This document shows, one piece after another, positions 30,771 to 41,178 of a DNA stretch of 64,000 bases. A model generated the notes under the pieces. It did no database searches. It saw only the letters and a program-made list of their open reading frames with translations, and was not told the DNA's origin. The position numbers and the translations under genes are program-made. The stretch is from Mycobacteriales bacterium. GTDB taxonomy: Bacteria > Actinomycetota > Actinomycetes > Mycobacteriales > SCTD01. The stretch lies in the NCBI GenBank assembly GCA_035714445.1, contig DASTLY010000146.1, positions 17,730 through 81,729 of the forward strand, in the 5' to 3' direction. Within the stretch, counting starts at the first letter, position 1, and each line of letters starts with the position of its first letter.

Positions 30771-30950
30771 TCAGAGGCCGTCGGGGCAGACGGCGTCGAG
30801 CAGCCCGAGCGCCCCGAGCAGCTCGTCGCGGGCCTCGGTGTCGAGGACGCGGGCCCGGACGGTCTGGGCGGCCCGCCAGCGGGCGACGGAGCCGGCGTGC
30901 TCGGCGTCGGACAGTGCCTGGACGTAGGTCGGTGCTGCGAAGGTGTCCAT
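30771..30950 (-). CDS. Small hypothetical protein, 59 aa (below the ORF-track cutoff)
   Basis: My own translation from ATG 30950 to TGA 30771 is MDTFAAPTYVQALSDAEHAGSVARWRAAQTVRARVLDTEARDELLGALGLLDAVCPDGL. Third codon positions are G/C-rich. It is divergent from the TetR gene. Confidence 0.35.
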   Translation of the reverse strand: MDTFAAPTYVQALSDAEHAGSVARWRAAQTVRARVLDTEARDELLGALGLLDAVCPDGL

Positions 30951-31020
30951 GCCGCAGTGTGCACCCTTCCGGCGGCGCCGGGGCTACGCCGACTGCCACC
31001 TTTTTCGGCGGCGGAATTGC

Positions 31021-31036
31021 GAGTGAGCGCTCACTC
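31021..31036. promoter_or_regulatory. Perfect 16-bp palindrome, candidate TetR operator
   Basis: GAGTGAGCGCTCACTC is its own reverse complement. It ends 9 nt before GTG 31045 of the TetR gene that heads the ABC-exporter operon. Confidence 0.55.
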
Positions 31037-31044
31037 CGCTTAGG

Positions 31045-31683
31045 GTGCAGGACATGACCTCTTCCAGCCCGGCGGCCGCGCGGCGCGCCACCCGGGCACC
31101 GGCGTTGCCTCCCGAGCAGCGCCGGCAGGCCATCGTCGAGGCCGTGCTCCCGCTGCTGGTCGAGCACGGTGGTGGTGTGACGACCCGCGAGCTCGCGGAG
31201 GCGGCCGGCGTGGCCGAGGGCACCCTGTTCCGGGTCTTCGAGGACAAGGCCGCCCTGCTGCACGCCGCCGCGCACAGCGTCCTCGACCCCGACCGGGCGT
31301 GGCGCGCGCTCGCGGACGTCGACCCCGACCTGGCCCTCGACGCGATGGTGGCCACCGTGGCCGAGCAGCTGCTGGAGAGCCGGAGCCGGGTGATGGCCGT
31401 GCTCATGGCCGTCCGCGGCGCGCTGGCCACCGAGCCGTCCTCCCGCGGCCGTTCCCGCCCGGACGTCGTCCGGCAGTCGGACGGCGTCCTGCTGGAGGGG
31501 CTCACCGCGCTGTTCGCCCGCTACCCGGACGAGCTGCGCGTCGAGCCTGAGCGGGCGGCCCGTGCCCTCCGGGCCCTCGTCTTCGGGTCCCGCCAGCCGT
31601 GGGCGACGGAGAAGGACGCGCTGACCGGCCCGGAGATCGCCGACCTGCTCGTCGCCGGCGTACGCGAGGTGCCGCCGTGCTGA
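31045..31683 (+). CDS. TetR/AcrR family transcriptional regulator
   Basis: The HTH block is RRQAIVEAVLPLLVEHGGGVTTRELAEAAGVAEGTLFRVFEDKAALL. The start is GTG 31045 or in-frame ATG 31054. Confidence 0.9.
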   Translation: MQDMTSSSPAAARRATRAPALPPEQRRQAIVEAVLPLLVEHGGGVTTRELAEAAGVAEGTLFRVFEDKAALLHAAAHSVLDPDRAWRALADVDPDLALDAMVATVAEQLLESRSRVMAVLMAVRGALATEPSSRGRSRPDVVRQSDGVLLEGLTALFARYPDELRVEPERAARALRALVFGSRQPWATEKDALTGPEIADLLVAGVREVPPC

Positions 31684-33410
31684 TCCGCCTGCTCCGGCAG
31701 TCCCTGCGGCCCTACCGGCACCTGCTGCTGGCGGTCGTCGTGCTGCAGCTCGTCGGCACCGTCGCCGCGCTCTACCTGCCCAGCCTCAACGCCGACATCA
31801 TCGACAACGGGGTGGCCCGCGGCGACACCGGCTACATCATGCGTACCGGCGGCGTGATGCTCGTCGTCTCCGTGCTGCAGATCGCCTGCACCGTCGCGGC
31901 GGTGTGGTTCGGGGCGCGCACCGCGATGAGCTTCGGCCGCGACCTGCGCGCCGACATCTTCTCCCGCGTCGGCTCATTCTCCGGCCGTGAGGTCAGCACG
32001 TTCGGCGCCCCCTCCCTCATCACGCGCAACACCAATGACGTCCAGCAGGTCCAGATGCTGGTGCTGATGTCGTGCACGGTGATGGTCTCCGCACCGATCA
32101 TGATGGTGGGCGGCATCGTCATGGCGATGCGGGAGGACCTCGGACTGTCCTGGCTGCTCGCGGTCTGCGTGCCCGCGCTCTGCCTGACCGTCGGCCTGAT
32201 CGTCTGGCGCATGGTGCCGGGCTTCCGCGTCATGCAGGTCCGCATCGACGGGGTCAACCGGGTCCTGCGCGAGCAGATCACCGGCATCCGGGTCGTCCGC
32301 GCCTTTGTCCGCGAGCCGTACGAGACCGCCCGCTTCGACGAGGCCAACATTGACCTGACCCAGGTCGCCCTGACCGTCGGCCGCTGGATGGCGACGATGT
32401 TCCCCGCGGTCCTGCTCATCCTCAACGTGTCCAGCGTCGCGGTGCTGTGGTTCGGCGGGCACCGGGTCGACGACGGGCTCATGCAGGTGGGCGCGCTCAC
32501 CGCGTTCCTCGCCTACCTCGTACAGATCCTCATGGCCGTGATGATGGCGACCTTCATGCTGGTGATCACTCCGCGGGCAGCGGTGTGCGCCGACCGCATC
32601 GTCGAGGTGCTCGACACCGCGTCGTCGGTCGTCCCGCCCAGCGACCCGGTGACGTCGGTCGCCGTGCACGGCGAGCTCGAGTTCCGGGGCGTCGAGTTCA
32701 GCTACCCGGGCGCCACCGACCCGGTCCTGCGCGACCTCACCTTCTCGGCCCGCCCGGGGCAGACCACCGCGGTCATCGGTTCGACCGGCGCCGGGAAGAG
32801 CACGCTGGTCAACCTGGTGTGCCGGCTGTTCGACACCACCGGCGGCGCCGTGCTGGTCGACGGCGTCGACGTACGCCGACTCGATCCCGACCTGCTCTGG
32901 GGCAGCATCGGGCTGGTGCCCCAGAAGGGGTTCCTGTTCTCCGGCACCGTGGCCAGCAACCTGCGCTACGGCCGCCCGGACGCCACCGAGGACGACATGT
33001 GGGCCGCGCTGGAGATCGCGCAGGCGCGGGAGTTCGTCGAGGCGATGCCCGGCGGGCTCGAGGCGCCGATCTCGCAGGGCGGCACCAATGTCTCCGGCGG
33101 GCAGCGGCAGCGGCTGGCGATCGCCCGGGCGCTCATCCGCAAGCCGGAGATCTACCTGTTCGACGACGCCTTCTCCGCGCTGGACCTGGCCACCGACGCC
33201 CGGCTGCGCGCCGCCCTTCGGCCGGTCACCCGCTCCGCCACCGTGCTGGTCGTCGCCCAGCGGGTCAGCTCGATCCTCGACGCCGACCAGATCCTGGTGC
33301 TCGACCACGGCGTGGTGGTCGGCCGCGGCACCCACGAGGAGTTGCTCGACAGCTCATCGACCTACCGGGAGATCGTCGCGTCGCAGCTCGCCGTGCAGGA
33401 GGTCGCGTGA
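31677..33410 (+). CDS. ABC transporter ATP-binding protein/permease (exporter half-transporter)
   Basis: The track start is 31599. I prefer GTG 31677 ([15 protein letters not shown]), which overlaps the TetR stop. It has six N-terminal TM helices, then Walker [10 protein letters not shown], signature VSGGQRQR and Walker [13 protein letters not shown]. Confidence 0.92.
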   Translation: MLIRLLRQSLRPYRHLLLAVVVLQLVGTVAALYLPSLNADIIDNGVARGDTGYIMRTGGVMLVVSVLQIACTVAAVWFGARTAMSFGRDLRADIFSRVGSFSGREVSTFGAPSLITRNTNDVQQVQMLVLMSCTVMVSAPIMMVGGIVMAMREDLGLSWLLAVCVPALCLTVGLIVWRMVPGFRVMQVRIDGVNRVLREQITGIRVVRAFVREPYETARFDEANIDLTQVALTVGRWMATMFPAVLLILNVSSVAVLWFGGHRVDDGLMQVGALTAFLAYLVQILMAVMMATFMLVITPRAAVCADRIVEVLDTASSVVPPSDPVTSVAVHGELEFRGVEFSYPGATDPVLRDLTFSARPGQTTAVIGSTGAGKSTLVNLVCRLFDTTGGAVLVDGVDVRRLDPDLLWGSIGLVPQKGFLFSGTVASNLRYGRPDATEDDMWAALEIAQAREFVEAMPGGLEAPISQGGTNVSGGQRQRLAIARALIRKPEIYLFDDAFSALDLATDARLRAALRPVTRSATVLVVAQRVSSILDADQILVLDHGVVVGRGTHEELLDSSSTYREIVASQLAVQEVA

Positions 33411-35377
33411 GCACGCCGACCCCCGGGCGCATGCAGGAGACCGAGCGGATCTCGGCCGGTCCGGGCCCCGGTCGCGGGCCGTTCGGCGGCGGGATGGTCG
33501 GCCAGAAGTCGCTGTCGTTCGGGCCGTCCGCCCGGCGCCTGGTGGCCCGGCTGACCCCGGAGCGCGGCAAGGTGCTCGGCGTGCTCGTGCTCGCCCTGCT
33601 GAGCGTGGGGCTGTCGGTCCTCGGGCCGAAGATCCTGGGCCGGGCCACCGACCTCATCTTCGCGGGGCTGTTCGGCCGGCAGCTGCCGGCCGGACTCAGC
33701 AAGGAGCAGGCCGTCGCGGCGACCCGGGCGGGCGGCGACGGCCGGCTGGCGGACCTGCTGCAGCGCATGGACGTGACGCCCGGCGTCGGAGTGGACTTCG
33801 CCGCTGTACGCACCGTCCTGCTGGTCGTGCTCGCCATCTACGTGGCGTCCTCGGTCCTTGCGTGGCTGCAGGCGTACCTGCTCAACGACGTCGTCCAGGC
33901 CACCGTCTTCCGGCTGCGCGCGGAGGTCGAGGACAAGATCAACCGACTGCCGCTGCGGTACTTCGACCGGCAGCCCCGCGGCGAGCTGCTCAGCCGGGTC
34001 ACCAACGACATCGACAACATCAGTCAGACCCTGCAGCAGACGATGAGCCAGCTGCTCACCTCGCTGCTCACCGTGGTCGGCGTTGTGGCGATGATGTTCT
34101 ACATCTCGCCGCTGCTCGCCCTCGTCGCCCTCGTGACCGTGCCGCTGACCATGCTCGTCAGCTCGGTGATCATGAAGCGCTCGCAGGGGATGTTCATCGA
34201 GCAGTGGCGCCGCACCGGCACCCTCAACGCACACATCGAGGAGGCGTTCACCGGCCACGCCCTCGCCAAGGTCTTCGGCCGCCAGCGCGAGGTCGAGGAG
34301 GCCTTCCGCGTGCAGAACGAGGAGCTGTTCCGCGCCGGGTTCGGTGCGCAGTTCGTCTCGGGCCTGATCATGCCCACCATGATGTTCATCGGGAACCTGA
34401 ACTACGTCGCCATCGCGGTGCTCGGCGGGCTGCGGGTGGCGTCCGGGTCCATGAGCCTCGGCGACGTGCAGGCGTTCATCCAGTACTCCCGGCAGTTCAC
34501 CCAGCCGCTGACCCAGCTGGCCTCGATGGTCAACCTGCTGCAGTCCGGCGTCGCGTCCGCCGAGCGGGTCTTCGAGCTGCTCGACGCCGACTCCGAGCCC
34601 CTGGAGAACGACCGCCCGGTCGCCGACGTCGCGCACCGCGGCGAGGTCGTCTTCCACGACGTCTCGTTCCGCTACGAACCGGCCACCCCGCTGCTGGAGG
34701 ACCTGTCGCTGGTGGCCCGCCCCGGGCAGACGGTGGCCATCGTCGGCCCCACCGGCGCCGGCAAGACCACCCTGGTCAACCTGATCATGCGGTTCTACGA
34801 CGTGGACGGCGGCCGGATCACCCTGGACGGCGTCGACATCACCGAGCTGCGGCGCGCCGACCTGCGCGGCCAGATCGGCATGGTTCTGCAGGACGCCTGG
34901 CTGTTCGAGGGCACGATCCGGGACAACATCGCGTACGGCCGCCCCGGCGCCACCGAGGAGCAGGTCCTCACGGCGGCCCGGGCGACCTTCGTCGACCGCT
35001 TCGTCCACGCCCTGCCCGCCGGCTACGACACGGTGGTGGACGAGGAGGGCAGCAACGTCAGCGCCGGCGAGCGGCAGCTGATCACCATCGCCCGGGCCTT
35101 CCTGTCCGACCCGGCGCTGCTCATCCTCGACGAGGCGACCAGCTCCGTGGACACCCGCACGGAGCTGCTCGTGCAGAAGGCGATGGCCGCGCTACGCAGC
35201 GACCGCACCAGCTTCGTCATCGCCCACCGGCTGTCCACCATCCGCGACGCCGACCTGATCCTGGTGATGCAGGACGGCCGGATCGTGGAGCAGGGCGACC
35301 ACGAGAGCCTGCTGGCCCGCGGCGGCGCCTACGCCGCGCTGTACGACGCGCAGTTCGCGGCGCCGGCCGTCGCGTAG
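33407..35377 (+). CDS. ABC transporter ATP-binding protein/permease (second half-transporter)
   Basis: GTG 33407 overlaps the upstream TGA (GTGA). It has a TM domain, then [17 protein letters not shown] and [12 protein letters not shown]. Confidence 0.92.
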   Translation: MSTPTPGRMQETERISAGPGPGRGPFGGGMVGQKSLSFGPSARRLVARLTPERGKVLGVLVLALLSVGLSVLGPKILGRATDLIFAGLFGRQLPAGLSKEQAVAATRAGGDGRLADLLQRMDVTPGVGVDFAAVRTVLLVVLAIYVASSVLAWLQAYLLNDVVQATVFRLRAEVEDKINRLPLRYFDRQPRGELLSRVTNDIDNISQTLQQTMSQLLTSLLTVVGVVAMMFYISPLLALVALVTVPLTMLVSSVIMKRSQGMFIEQWRRTGTLNAHIEEAFTGHALAKVFGRQREVEEAFRVQNEELFRAGFGAQFVSGLIMPTMMFIGNLNYVAIAVLGGLRVASGSMSLGDVQAFIQYSRQFTQPLTQLASMVNLLQSGVASAERVFELLDADSEPLENDRPVADVAHRGEVVFHDVSFRYEPATPLLEDLSLVARPGQTVAIVGPTGAGKTTLVNLIMRFYDVDGGRITLDGVDITELRRADLRGQIGMVLQDAWLFEGTIRDNIAYGRPGATEEQVLTAARATFVDRFVHALPAGYDTVVDEEGSNVSAGERQLITIARAFLSDPALLILDEATSSVDTRTELLVQKAMAALRSDRTSFVIAHRLSTIRDADLILVMQDGRIVEQGDHESLLARGGAYAALYDAQFAAPAVA

Positions 35378-35383
35378 CCGGTG

Positions 35384-36064
35384 CTACGGCCAGCTGCGCT
35401 CCGTCCAGTCGGCCGCCGGGGTCCGCGAGTAGCGGACCTGCACGCGGCCCGGCTGCGCCTCGATCACCTGCGCGATCACCGTGGCGTACGTCAGGTCGTC
35501 CCGCTCCACATGCACCAGCAGCGACGTCGGCTCGTCCGTGGCGGTGCTCCCGGCCACGACGGCCTGCCACTGCGCCGCGGTCCCGGCGCTCTGGAAGACC
35601 GGCAGGTGCCGGGCGATCTTGTCCTCGTCGGCCGGCCCGGCGGTGACCATGGAGGTGCCCGCCGGCAGGTCCGCCGACGTCAGCCGCTGCCCGTCGAACT
35701 CCCAGACGGTCAGGCGGTCCGGCGCCGCGAGCACCAGCGCGAAGCTGGCCATCCCGTCGAGGTCCAGGTGGCGGGGCCAGTCCTGCAGAGGCTCCGCGGC
35801 CAGCAGCGGCAGGACCCCGCGCGAGGGCGCCATGGGAGCCGCCACCGTGCGCTGCCGCCGGTTCAGCACCAGGGCGCTCGTCCCGCTCGCGGTGTCCGTC
35901 ACGCACCAGCTGCCGCCGGCCTGCCGGTCCCGACCGCCGACGAGGGCCGGCCGATCGGGCCACCAGGTGCCGGGGTCGTCGAACGGGCGGCCGGTCAGCT
36001 CGTCGCGCAGCGCCAGCAGCAGGACGGGGCTGCCCTGCGCCCATCGCACCACGACCGTGCACAT
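35384..36064 (-). CDS. NRDE family protein (TANGO2/DUF833-like)
   Basis: The family-typical N-terminus MCTVVV is at ATG 36064 (the track ORF starts 17 codons earlier). The sequence ...GGRDRQAGGSW... follows. Confidence 0.78.
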   Translation of the reverse strand: MCTVVVRWAQGSPVLLLALRDELTGRPFDDPGTWWPDRPALVGGRDRQAGGSWCVTDTASGTSALVLNRRQRTVAAPMAPSRGVLPLLAAEPLQDWPRHLDLDGMASFALVLAAPDRLTVWEFDGQRLTSADLPAGTSMVTAGPADEDKIARHLPVFQSAGTAAQWQAVVAGSTATDEPTSLLVHVERDDLTYATVIAQVIEAQPGRVQVRYSRTPAADWTERSWP

Positions 36065-36462
36065 GCGCCCATCCAGAGGTCGGAACCGGTCGGGCAGGCT
36101 ACCCGCCGTTGACAAGGCTCCTCGACAACGCCGGGCGAGAGGGCCTGGCTACGTCGATCTGCGCGGCGAGATCAGCCGCCCGCCTCACCTTGGTCCTGGA
36201 GATCCTCGAGCTCGGCTGCGGTACCGGGCACCGGACCTGCAGGTATCGCGACAGGTTGAGCAGCGGTCAGGCCCGCAGCCTTGAGCAGCTGCGCGAGGCG
36301 TCCCATCTCAGCCGCCGTGCGCGGCGAATCTGCCTTGCGATGAGCGGCAGGGGGGGCCCGCGAGGTCCGCCCCTTGCCGCTCGACGGGGCACCGACTACG
36401 TCAACAAGCGGGACGGGCGTACTGCCGCGACGTGACGTGTCACGTGAGCGACGACGGACGGC

Positions 36463-39258
36463 TCAGCTGCAGCCGCTGGTGCTCCCGCAGCTCTCGCAGA
36501 CGTAGCAGCTGCCGGCCGGGCGCATCTTGACGCCGCACGTCATGCACAGCGGGGCGTCGGCAGCGGTGCCCTGCTGCATCTCCAGGAGCTCGGTCGAGCT
36601 GTGGGCCTGCGGCGGCGCGGCCTTGGGCGCCTGCACCGGTACGGACTGCGCCAGCCCCTCGACGTCGATCTCGTCCTCCGCGACCCCGGCGCCGTACTGC
36701 GTGGCGACGGTCGCGGCCCGCTCCTCCGCCGTGAAGATCCCCAGCTCGCTGCGCGCGTCGTAGGGCAGGTAGTCCAGCGCCAGCCGGCGGAACAGGTAGT
36801 CCATGACGGACTGGGCGATCCGGACGTCCGGGTCGTCCGTCATGCCGGCCGGGTCGAACCGCATGTTGGTGAACTTCGAGACGAAGGCCTCAAGCGGCAC
36901 GCCGTACTGCAGGCCGATGGAGATCGCGATGGAGAAGGCGTCCATCACCCCGGCGAGCGTGGAGCCCTGCTTGCTCATCTTGATGAAGACTTCGCCGAGG
37001 CCGTCGTCGGGGTAGCTCCCGGCGGTCATGTAGCCCTCGGCGCCGGCCACCGAGAACGACACGGTCTGCGACGGCCGCTTCTTGGGCAGGCGCTTGCGGA
37101 TGGGCCGGTACTCCACGACCGTCTGGACCTCGGCGGTCTTCTCGGAGTCCTTCTTGTCCTGCAGCGGCTGACCGACCTTGCTGTTGTTCCGGTAGATCGC
37201 CAGTGCCTTCAACCCGAGCTTCCAGCCCTGGAAGTACACGTTGGCGACGTCCTCCACGGTCGCTTCCGCGGGCAGGTTCACGGTCTTGGACAGCGCCCCG
37301 GACACGAACGGCTGGATCGCGGCCATCATGTTGACGTGCCCCATCGGGCTGATCGAGCGGGCGCCCATCGCGCAGTCGAAGACCCCGTAGTGCTCGGTCC
37401 TGAGACCGGGCGCGTCGATGACGTGCCCGTGCTGGGCGATGTGCTCGACGATCGCCTCGACCGACTCCTCCTGGTAGCCCAGGGCGCGCAGCGCGCGGGG
37501 AACGGTCTGGTTGACGATCTGCATCGAGCCGCCGCCGACCAGCTTTTTGAACTTGACCAGGGCGAGGTCGGGCTCGAGGCCGGTCGTGTCGCAGTCCATC
37601 ATCAGACCGATGGTGCCGGTCGGCGCGATCACGGAGGCCTGCGCGTTGCGGTAGCCGTTCTTCTCACCCAGCGCCAGGCACTCCTGCCACGCCTTCGTCG
37701 CCTCCTGCAGGATCCGGCCGTCGTCGGCGCCGACCGCACGCACGGCGTCGTTGGCCGCGGCGTGCTTGCGGATCACGCGCTTGTGGCCATCGGCGTTGCG
37801 GGCGTAGCCGTCGTACGGCCCGACGATGGCGGCGAGTTCGGCGGAGCGGCGGTAGGCGGTGCCGGTCATCAGCGAGGTGATCGCGCCGGCCAGGGCCCGG
37901 CCGCCGTCCGAGTCGTACGCGTGGCCGGTGGCCATGAGCAGGGCGCCGAGGTTGGCGTAGCCGATGCCGAGCTGCCGGAAGGCCCGGGTCGTCTCCGCGA
38001 TCGGCTCGGTCGGGAAGTCGGCGAAGCAGATCGAGATGTCCATCGCGGTGATGATGATCTCGACCGACCTGGCGAACAGCCGTGCGTCGAACGTGCCGTC
38101 CTCGCGCAGGAACGTCATCAAGTTCAGCGAGGCGAGGTTGCACGACGAGTTGTCCAGCGACATGTACTCGCTGCAGGGGTTGGACGCCGTGATGCGCCCC
38201 GACTCGGGGTTGGTGTGCCAGTCGTTGATGGTGTCGTCGTACTGGATCCCCGGGTCGGCGCACTCCCAGGCCGCCTTGGCGAGCTTGTTCCACAGGGTCC
38301 GGGCGTCGACGGTCTCCAGGACCCGGTTGTCCAGGCGGGCCCGCAGGCCGAACTCCTTGCCCTGCTCCACGGCCCGCATGAACTCGTCGCTGACCCGCAC
38401 CGAGTTGTTGGCGTTCTGGTACTGGACGCTGACGATGTCCTTGCCACCGAGGTCCATGTCGAAGCCGGCGTCGCGGAGCGCGCGGATCTTGTCCTCCTCG
38501 CGCGCCTTCGTCTCGATGAACTCCTCGATGTCGGGGTGGTCCACGTCGAGCACGACCATCTTGGCCGCCCGCCGGGTCGCACCGCCGCTCTTGATCGTCC
38601 CTGCCGACGCGTCGGCGCCGCGCATGAAGGACACCGGGCCGGACGCGGTGCCGCCGGAGGACAGCAGCTCCTTGGAGGAGCGGATGCGGGAGAGGTTGAG
38701 GCCGGCGCCGGAGCCGCCCTTGAAGATCAGGCCCTCCTCCCGGTACCAGTTGAGGATTGAGTCCATGTGGTCGTCGACCGCGAGGATGAAGCAGGCGCTC
38801 ACCTGCTGCGGCGCGCTGGTGCCGACGTTGAACCAGACCGGGCTGTTGAAGCTGAACACCTGGTGCAGCAGCATCCAGGTCAGCTCGTGCTCGAACACCT
38901 CGGTGTCCTGGGGCGACCCGAAGTAGCCGTGCTGCGCGCCCGCCGCTGCGTACCTGCTGACGACGCGGTCGATGAGCTGGCGCAGGCTGGACTCCCGGGT
39001 GTCGCTGCCGACAGCACCACGGAAGTACTTCGTGGTGACGATGTTCGCGGCGTTGACCGACCAGGACTCAGGGAACTCGACGCCCCGCTGCTCGAAGTTG
39101 ACCGAACCATCCCGCCAGTTGGTCATCACGACGTCGCGGCGCTCCCAGCGCACCTCGTCGTACGGGTGGACGCCTGGCGTGGTGAAGACCCGCTCGACCT
39201 TCAGCGTGGCAGCGCCGCGCCGCGTCTGCCGGGGGGCACCGCTGACCGTCTCCGTCAT
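36463..39258 (-). CDS. nrdJ: Vitamin B12-dependent (class II) ribonucleoside-diphosphate reductase
   Basis: The start MTETVSG at ATG 39258 follows GAGGAA. It has FRGAVGSDTRESSLRQLIDRVV, SNPCSEY and CNLASLNL, and a Cys-rich C-terminal tail CMTCGVKMRPAGSCYVCESCGSTSGCS. Confidence 0.95.
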   Translation of the reverse strand: MTETVSGAPRQTRRGAATLKVERVFTTPGVHPYDEVRWERRDVVMTNWRDGSVNFEQRGVEFPESWSVNAANIVTTKYFRGAVGSDTRESSLRQLIDRVVSRYAAAGAQHGYFGSPQDTEVFEHELTWMLLHQVFSFNSPVWFNVGTSAPQQVSACFILAVDDHMDSILNWYREEGLIFKGGSGAGLNLSRIRSSKELLSSGGTASGPVSFMRGADASAGTIKSGGATRRAAKMVVLDVDHPDIEEFIETKAREEDKIRALRDAGFDMDLGGKDIVSVQYQNANNSVRVSDEFMRAVEQGKEFGLRARLDNRVLETVDARTLWNKLAKAAWECADPGIQYDDTINDWHTNPESGRITASNPCSEYMSLDNSSCNLASLNLMTFLREDGTFDARLFARSVEIIITAMDISICFADFPTEPIAETTRAFRQLGIGYANLGALLMATGHAYDSDGGRALAGAITSLMTGTAYRRSAELAAIVGPYDGYARNADGHKRVIRKHAAANDAVRAVGADDGRILQEATKAWQECLALGEKNGYRNAQASVIAPTGTIGLMMDCDTTGLEPDLALVKFKKLVGGGSMQIVNQTVPRALRALGYQEESVEAIVEHIAQHGHVIDAPGLRTEHYGVFDCAMGARSISPMGHVNMMAAIQPFVSGALSKTVNLPAEATVEDVANVYFQGWKLGLKALAIYRNNSKVGQPLQDKKDSEKTAEVQTVVEYRPIRKRLPKKRPSQTVSFSVAGAEGYMTAGSYPDDGLGEVFIKMSKQGSTLAGVMDAFSIAISIGLQYGVPLEAFVSKFTNMRFDPAGMTDDPDVRIAQSVMDYLFRRLALDYLPYDARSELGIFTAEERAATVATQYGAGVAEDEIDVEGLAQSVPVQAPKAAPPQAHSSTELLEMQQGTAADAPLCMTCGVKMRPAGSCYVCESCGSTSGCS

Positions 39259-39353
39259 GGAGTTCCTCTTCTCATCGTGACGTACAACAACCGCGACAGG
39301 CACGGCATTCACCGACAGGGCACGTCTGTGGAGCGGGTGGAGCGGAGGGGATG

Positions 39354-39860
39354 TCAGGCAGGGGCGAGCGTGTGCGCGGTGGGGCGATCGTCGCGCCCGC
39401 GGGTGGTCCGGAGCTCCGGAGCAGCGCGAAGAGCAGCGATCTCGGCCTCGAAGTCGGCCAGCGACTCGAAGGAGCGGTAGACGCTCGCGAAGCGCAGGTA
39501 GGCGACCTCGTCCAGGACCCGCAAGGGGGTCAGGATCGCCATCCCCACCTCGTCGGCCGGGACCGCGGCCGTACCGCCCTCCCGCACGGTCTCCTCAACC
39601 TGCTGGGCAAGCAGGGCGAGCGCGTCCTCGTCGACCGGCCGGCCCTGGCACGCCTTGCGCACGCCCGAGATGACCTTGGCCCGGCTGAAGGGCTCGGTCA
39701 CGCCGCAGCGCTTCACCACCAACAGCGAGGTCTCCTCCACCGTGGTGAAGCGGCGACCGCAACTCGGGCACGAGCGGCGGCGCCGGATGGCGTCGCCGTC
39801 GTTGGCCTCGCGGCTGTCGACGACTCGGGAGTCGGCGTGGCGGCAGTACGGACAGCGCAC
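39354..39860 (-). CDS. nrdR: Transcriptional repressor NrdR
   Basis: GTG 39860 gives VRCPYCRH...[11 protein letters not shown] (a zinc ribbon), followed by an ATP-cone domain. The track ORF begins 10 codons upstream. Confidence 0.93.
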   Translation of the reverse strand: MRCPYCRHADSRVVDSREANDGDAIRRRRSCPSCGRRFTTVEETSLLVVKRCGVTEPFSRAKVISGVRKACQGRPVDEDALALLAQQVEETVREGGTAAVPADEVGMAILTPLRVLDEVAYLRFASVYRSFESLADFEAEIAALRAAPELRTTRGRDDRPTAHTLAPA

Positions 39861-39885
39861 GTGACGACCTCCGTCCTCCTCTTCC

Positions 39886-39955
39886 TCCACAGACTGTGGA
39901 GGACCGCGTCCACAGGATGTGGAGAACTACAACCGTGTAAGCACTAGATGTGGTG
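39886..39955. promoter_or_regulatory. Three NrdR boxes upstream of nrdR-nrdJ
   Basis: The boxes are TCCACAGACTGTGGA (39886-39900), TCCACAGGATGTGGA (39909-39923) and GCACTAGATGTGGTG (39941-39955). Each is a palindrome or near-palindrome of the CACwAgATgTGG type. The centres of boxes 2 and 3 are 32 bp apart. Confidence 0.8.
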
Positions 39956-40290
39956 CCGCGGACAGTAGGGCGCCACGAGAGGTAGGGCAAGGCCCGAGCC
40001 CCGACACGCCGAGACGAATCCGCCGCCGCACCCGCAGGACGACGCCTCCCGACCGTTGCCCGTGCCTTGGCGGTGGCTGCGTGCGGGCGGTCGAGCTCGC
40101 GTCGGGGTCGGCGTCCAGGTGGCCGGTGCCGGCCCCTGCCCAGCCGGCTGTCAAAGGCCCCGGCGCCGCCCCGGCATCGATGCCTGTGATCCTGGGAACA
40201 ACGTCGCGGACAGACTGCGGTCTGCTCAAGGGAGGTCGTGCCCACGTCGACACCCAGCAGGCCTGTGCCCCCCTGTGCTCGGAGATCTCG

Positions 40291-41178
40291 ATGCGCCCTG
40301 TCCTCGCCGCCGCGCGCCGGCTGCCGCAGTCCCGGCTGGCCCGTGTGCTGGCCGTCGTGCTGGCCGTGTCCGTGGCAGCGGTGAACCTGGGGCACCTCCC
40401 GAGACTGGACATCGAGCCGGTGGTCTACGGCCTGCTGCCCTGGGTCGTCGGCAAGTACGTCCTGTGCCCCCTGCGCTGGCACGGCATCTCGGCAAGCGGC
40501 AAGTCCCGGCGGTGGCACCTGCGGGTGTACGCGGAGAGCGAGCTGCTCGGGCTGCTCACCCCGGCGCACGCCGGCACCGATCTGTGGCGGGTCCACCAGC
40601 TGCGCGGCGTCGGCATGGACAGCCCCAGTGCGTTCGCCGACGTCGCGCTCGACCGGTTGCTGGGCGCCATCGGCCTGACCGTCTTCGTGATCCTGGCCGG
40701 CGCCACCCTGCCGCCGCAGGTCCTGCTCGCGGCCGGTGGCATCGCTGTCGTGGTGCTGGTGGCCGCCCTGCTGATCCGGCAACATCGTCCCGGCCTGCTC
40801 GCGAAGCGGCCGCTGCCGCCGACCCGCAAGCTGGCCCACGGCCTGGGCCTGAGCCTGTGCTACCAGCTCACGATCATGGGGCTGCTGTTCGGCGGGTTGT
40901 CGGCGACCGGGCACACCGTCGCTCCGCTGGCCCTGCTCGGCGTGTTCGGGGCCAGCCAGGTCGCCGGGATCATCCCGGGCGTGCAGGGCGCGGGCCCGAA
41001 GGAGGGCGCCCTGGTGGCCGGGCTCGTCGGTCTCGGCGTGCCGTTCGGCAGCGCCCTCGGAGCCGTGTCGCTGATCTCGATCGCGGCGTGGGCTCCCGCG
41101 CTGCTGCTCGGCGGCACCTGCCTGTTCGTCAGCCGTCACCTGGCCAAGCAGGCCCGCGGCGCCCTCGCCGCGGCGTGA
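40291..41178 (+). CDS. Flippase-like / lysylphosphatidylglycerol-synthase TM-domain (UPF0104) membrane protein
   Basis: The start is ATG 40291 (the track ORF begins 124 codons earlier in non-protein-like sequence). It is multi-TM and Gly/Leu/Ala-rich. Confidence 0.6.
   Translation: MRPVLAAARRLPQSRLARVLAVVLAVSVAAVNLGHLPRLDIEPVVYGLLPWVVGKYVLCPLRWHGISASGKSRRWHLRVYAESELLGLLTPAHAGTDLWRVHQLRGVGMDSPSAFADVALDRLLGAIGLTVFVILAGATLPPQVLLAAGGIAVVVLVAALLIRQHRPGLLAKRPLPPTRKLAHGLGLSLCYQLTIMGLLFGGLSATGHTVAPLALLGVFGASQVAGIIPGVQGAGPKEGALVAGLVGLGVPFGSALGAVSLISIAAWAPALLLGGTCLFVSRHLAKQARGALAAA

Noticed and set aside
36170-36462. An in-frame open extension of about 97 codons after the nrdJ TGA, as possible stop-codon read-through or selenocysteine-type recoding.
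   Set aside because: Open frames of this length are unremarkable at this GC content. The extension has many A/T-ending codons unlike real genes here. NrdJ already ends with its normal Cys-rich C-terminal tail.
39259-39353. A cobalamin riboswitch in front of the B12-dependent nrdJ.
   Set aside because: The spacer is only 95 nt and has no B12-box-like sequence that I can see. Cobalamin riboswitches normally repress B12-independent isozymes rather than nrdJ.
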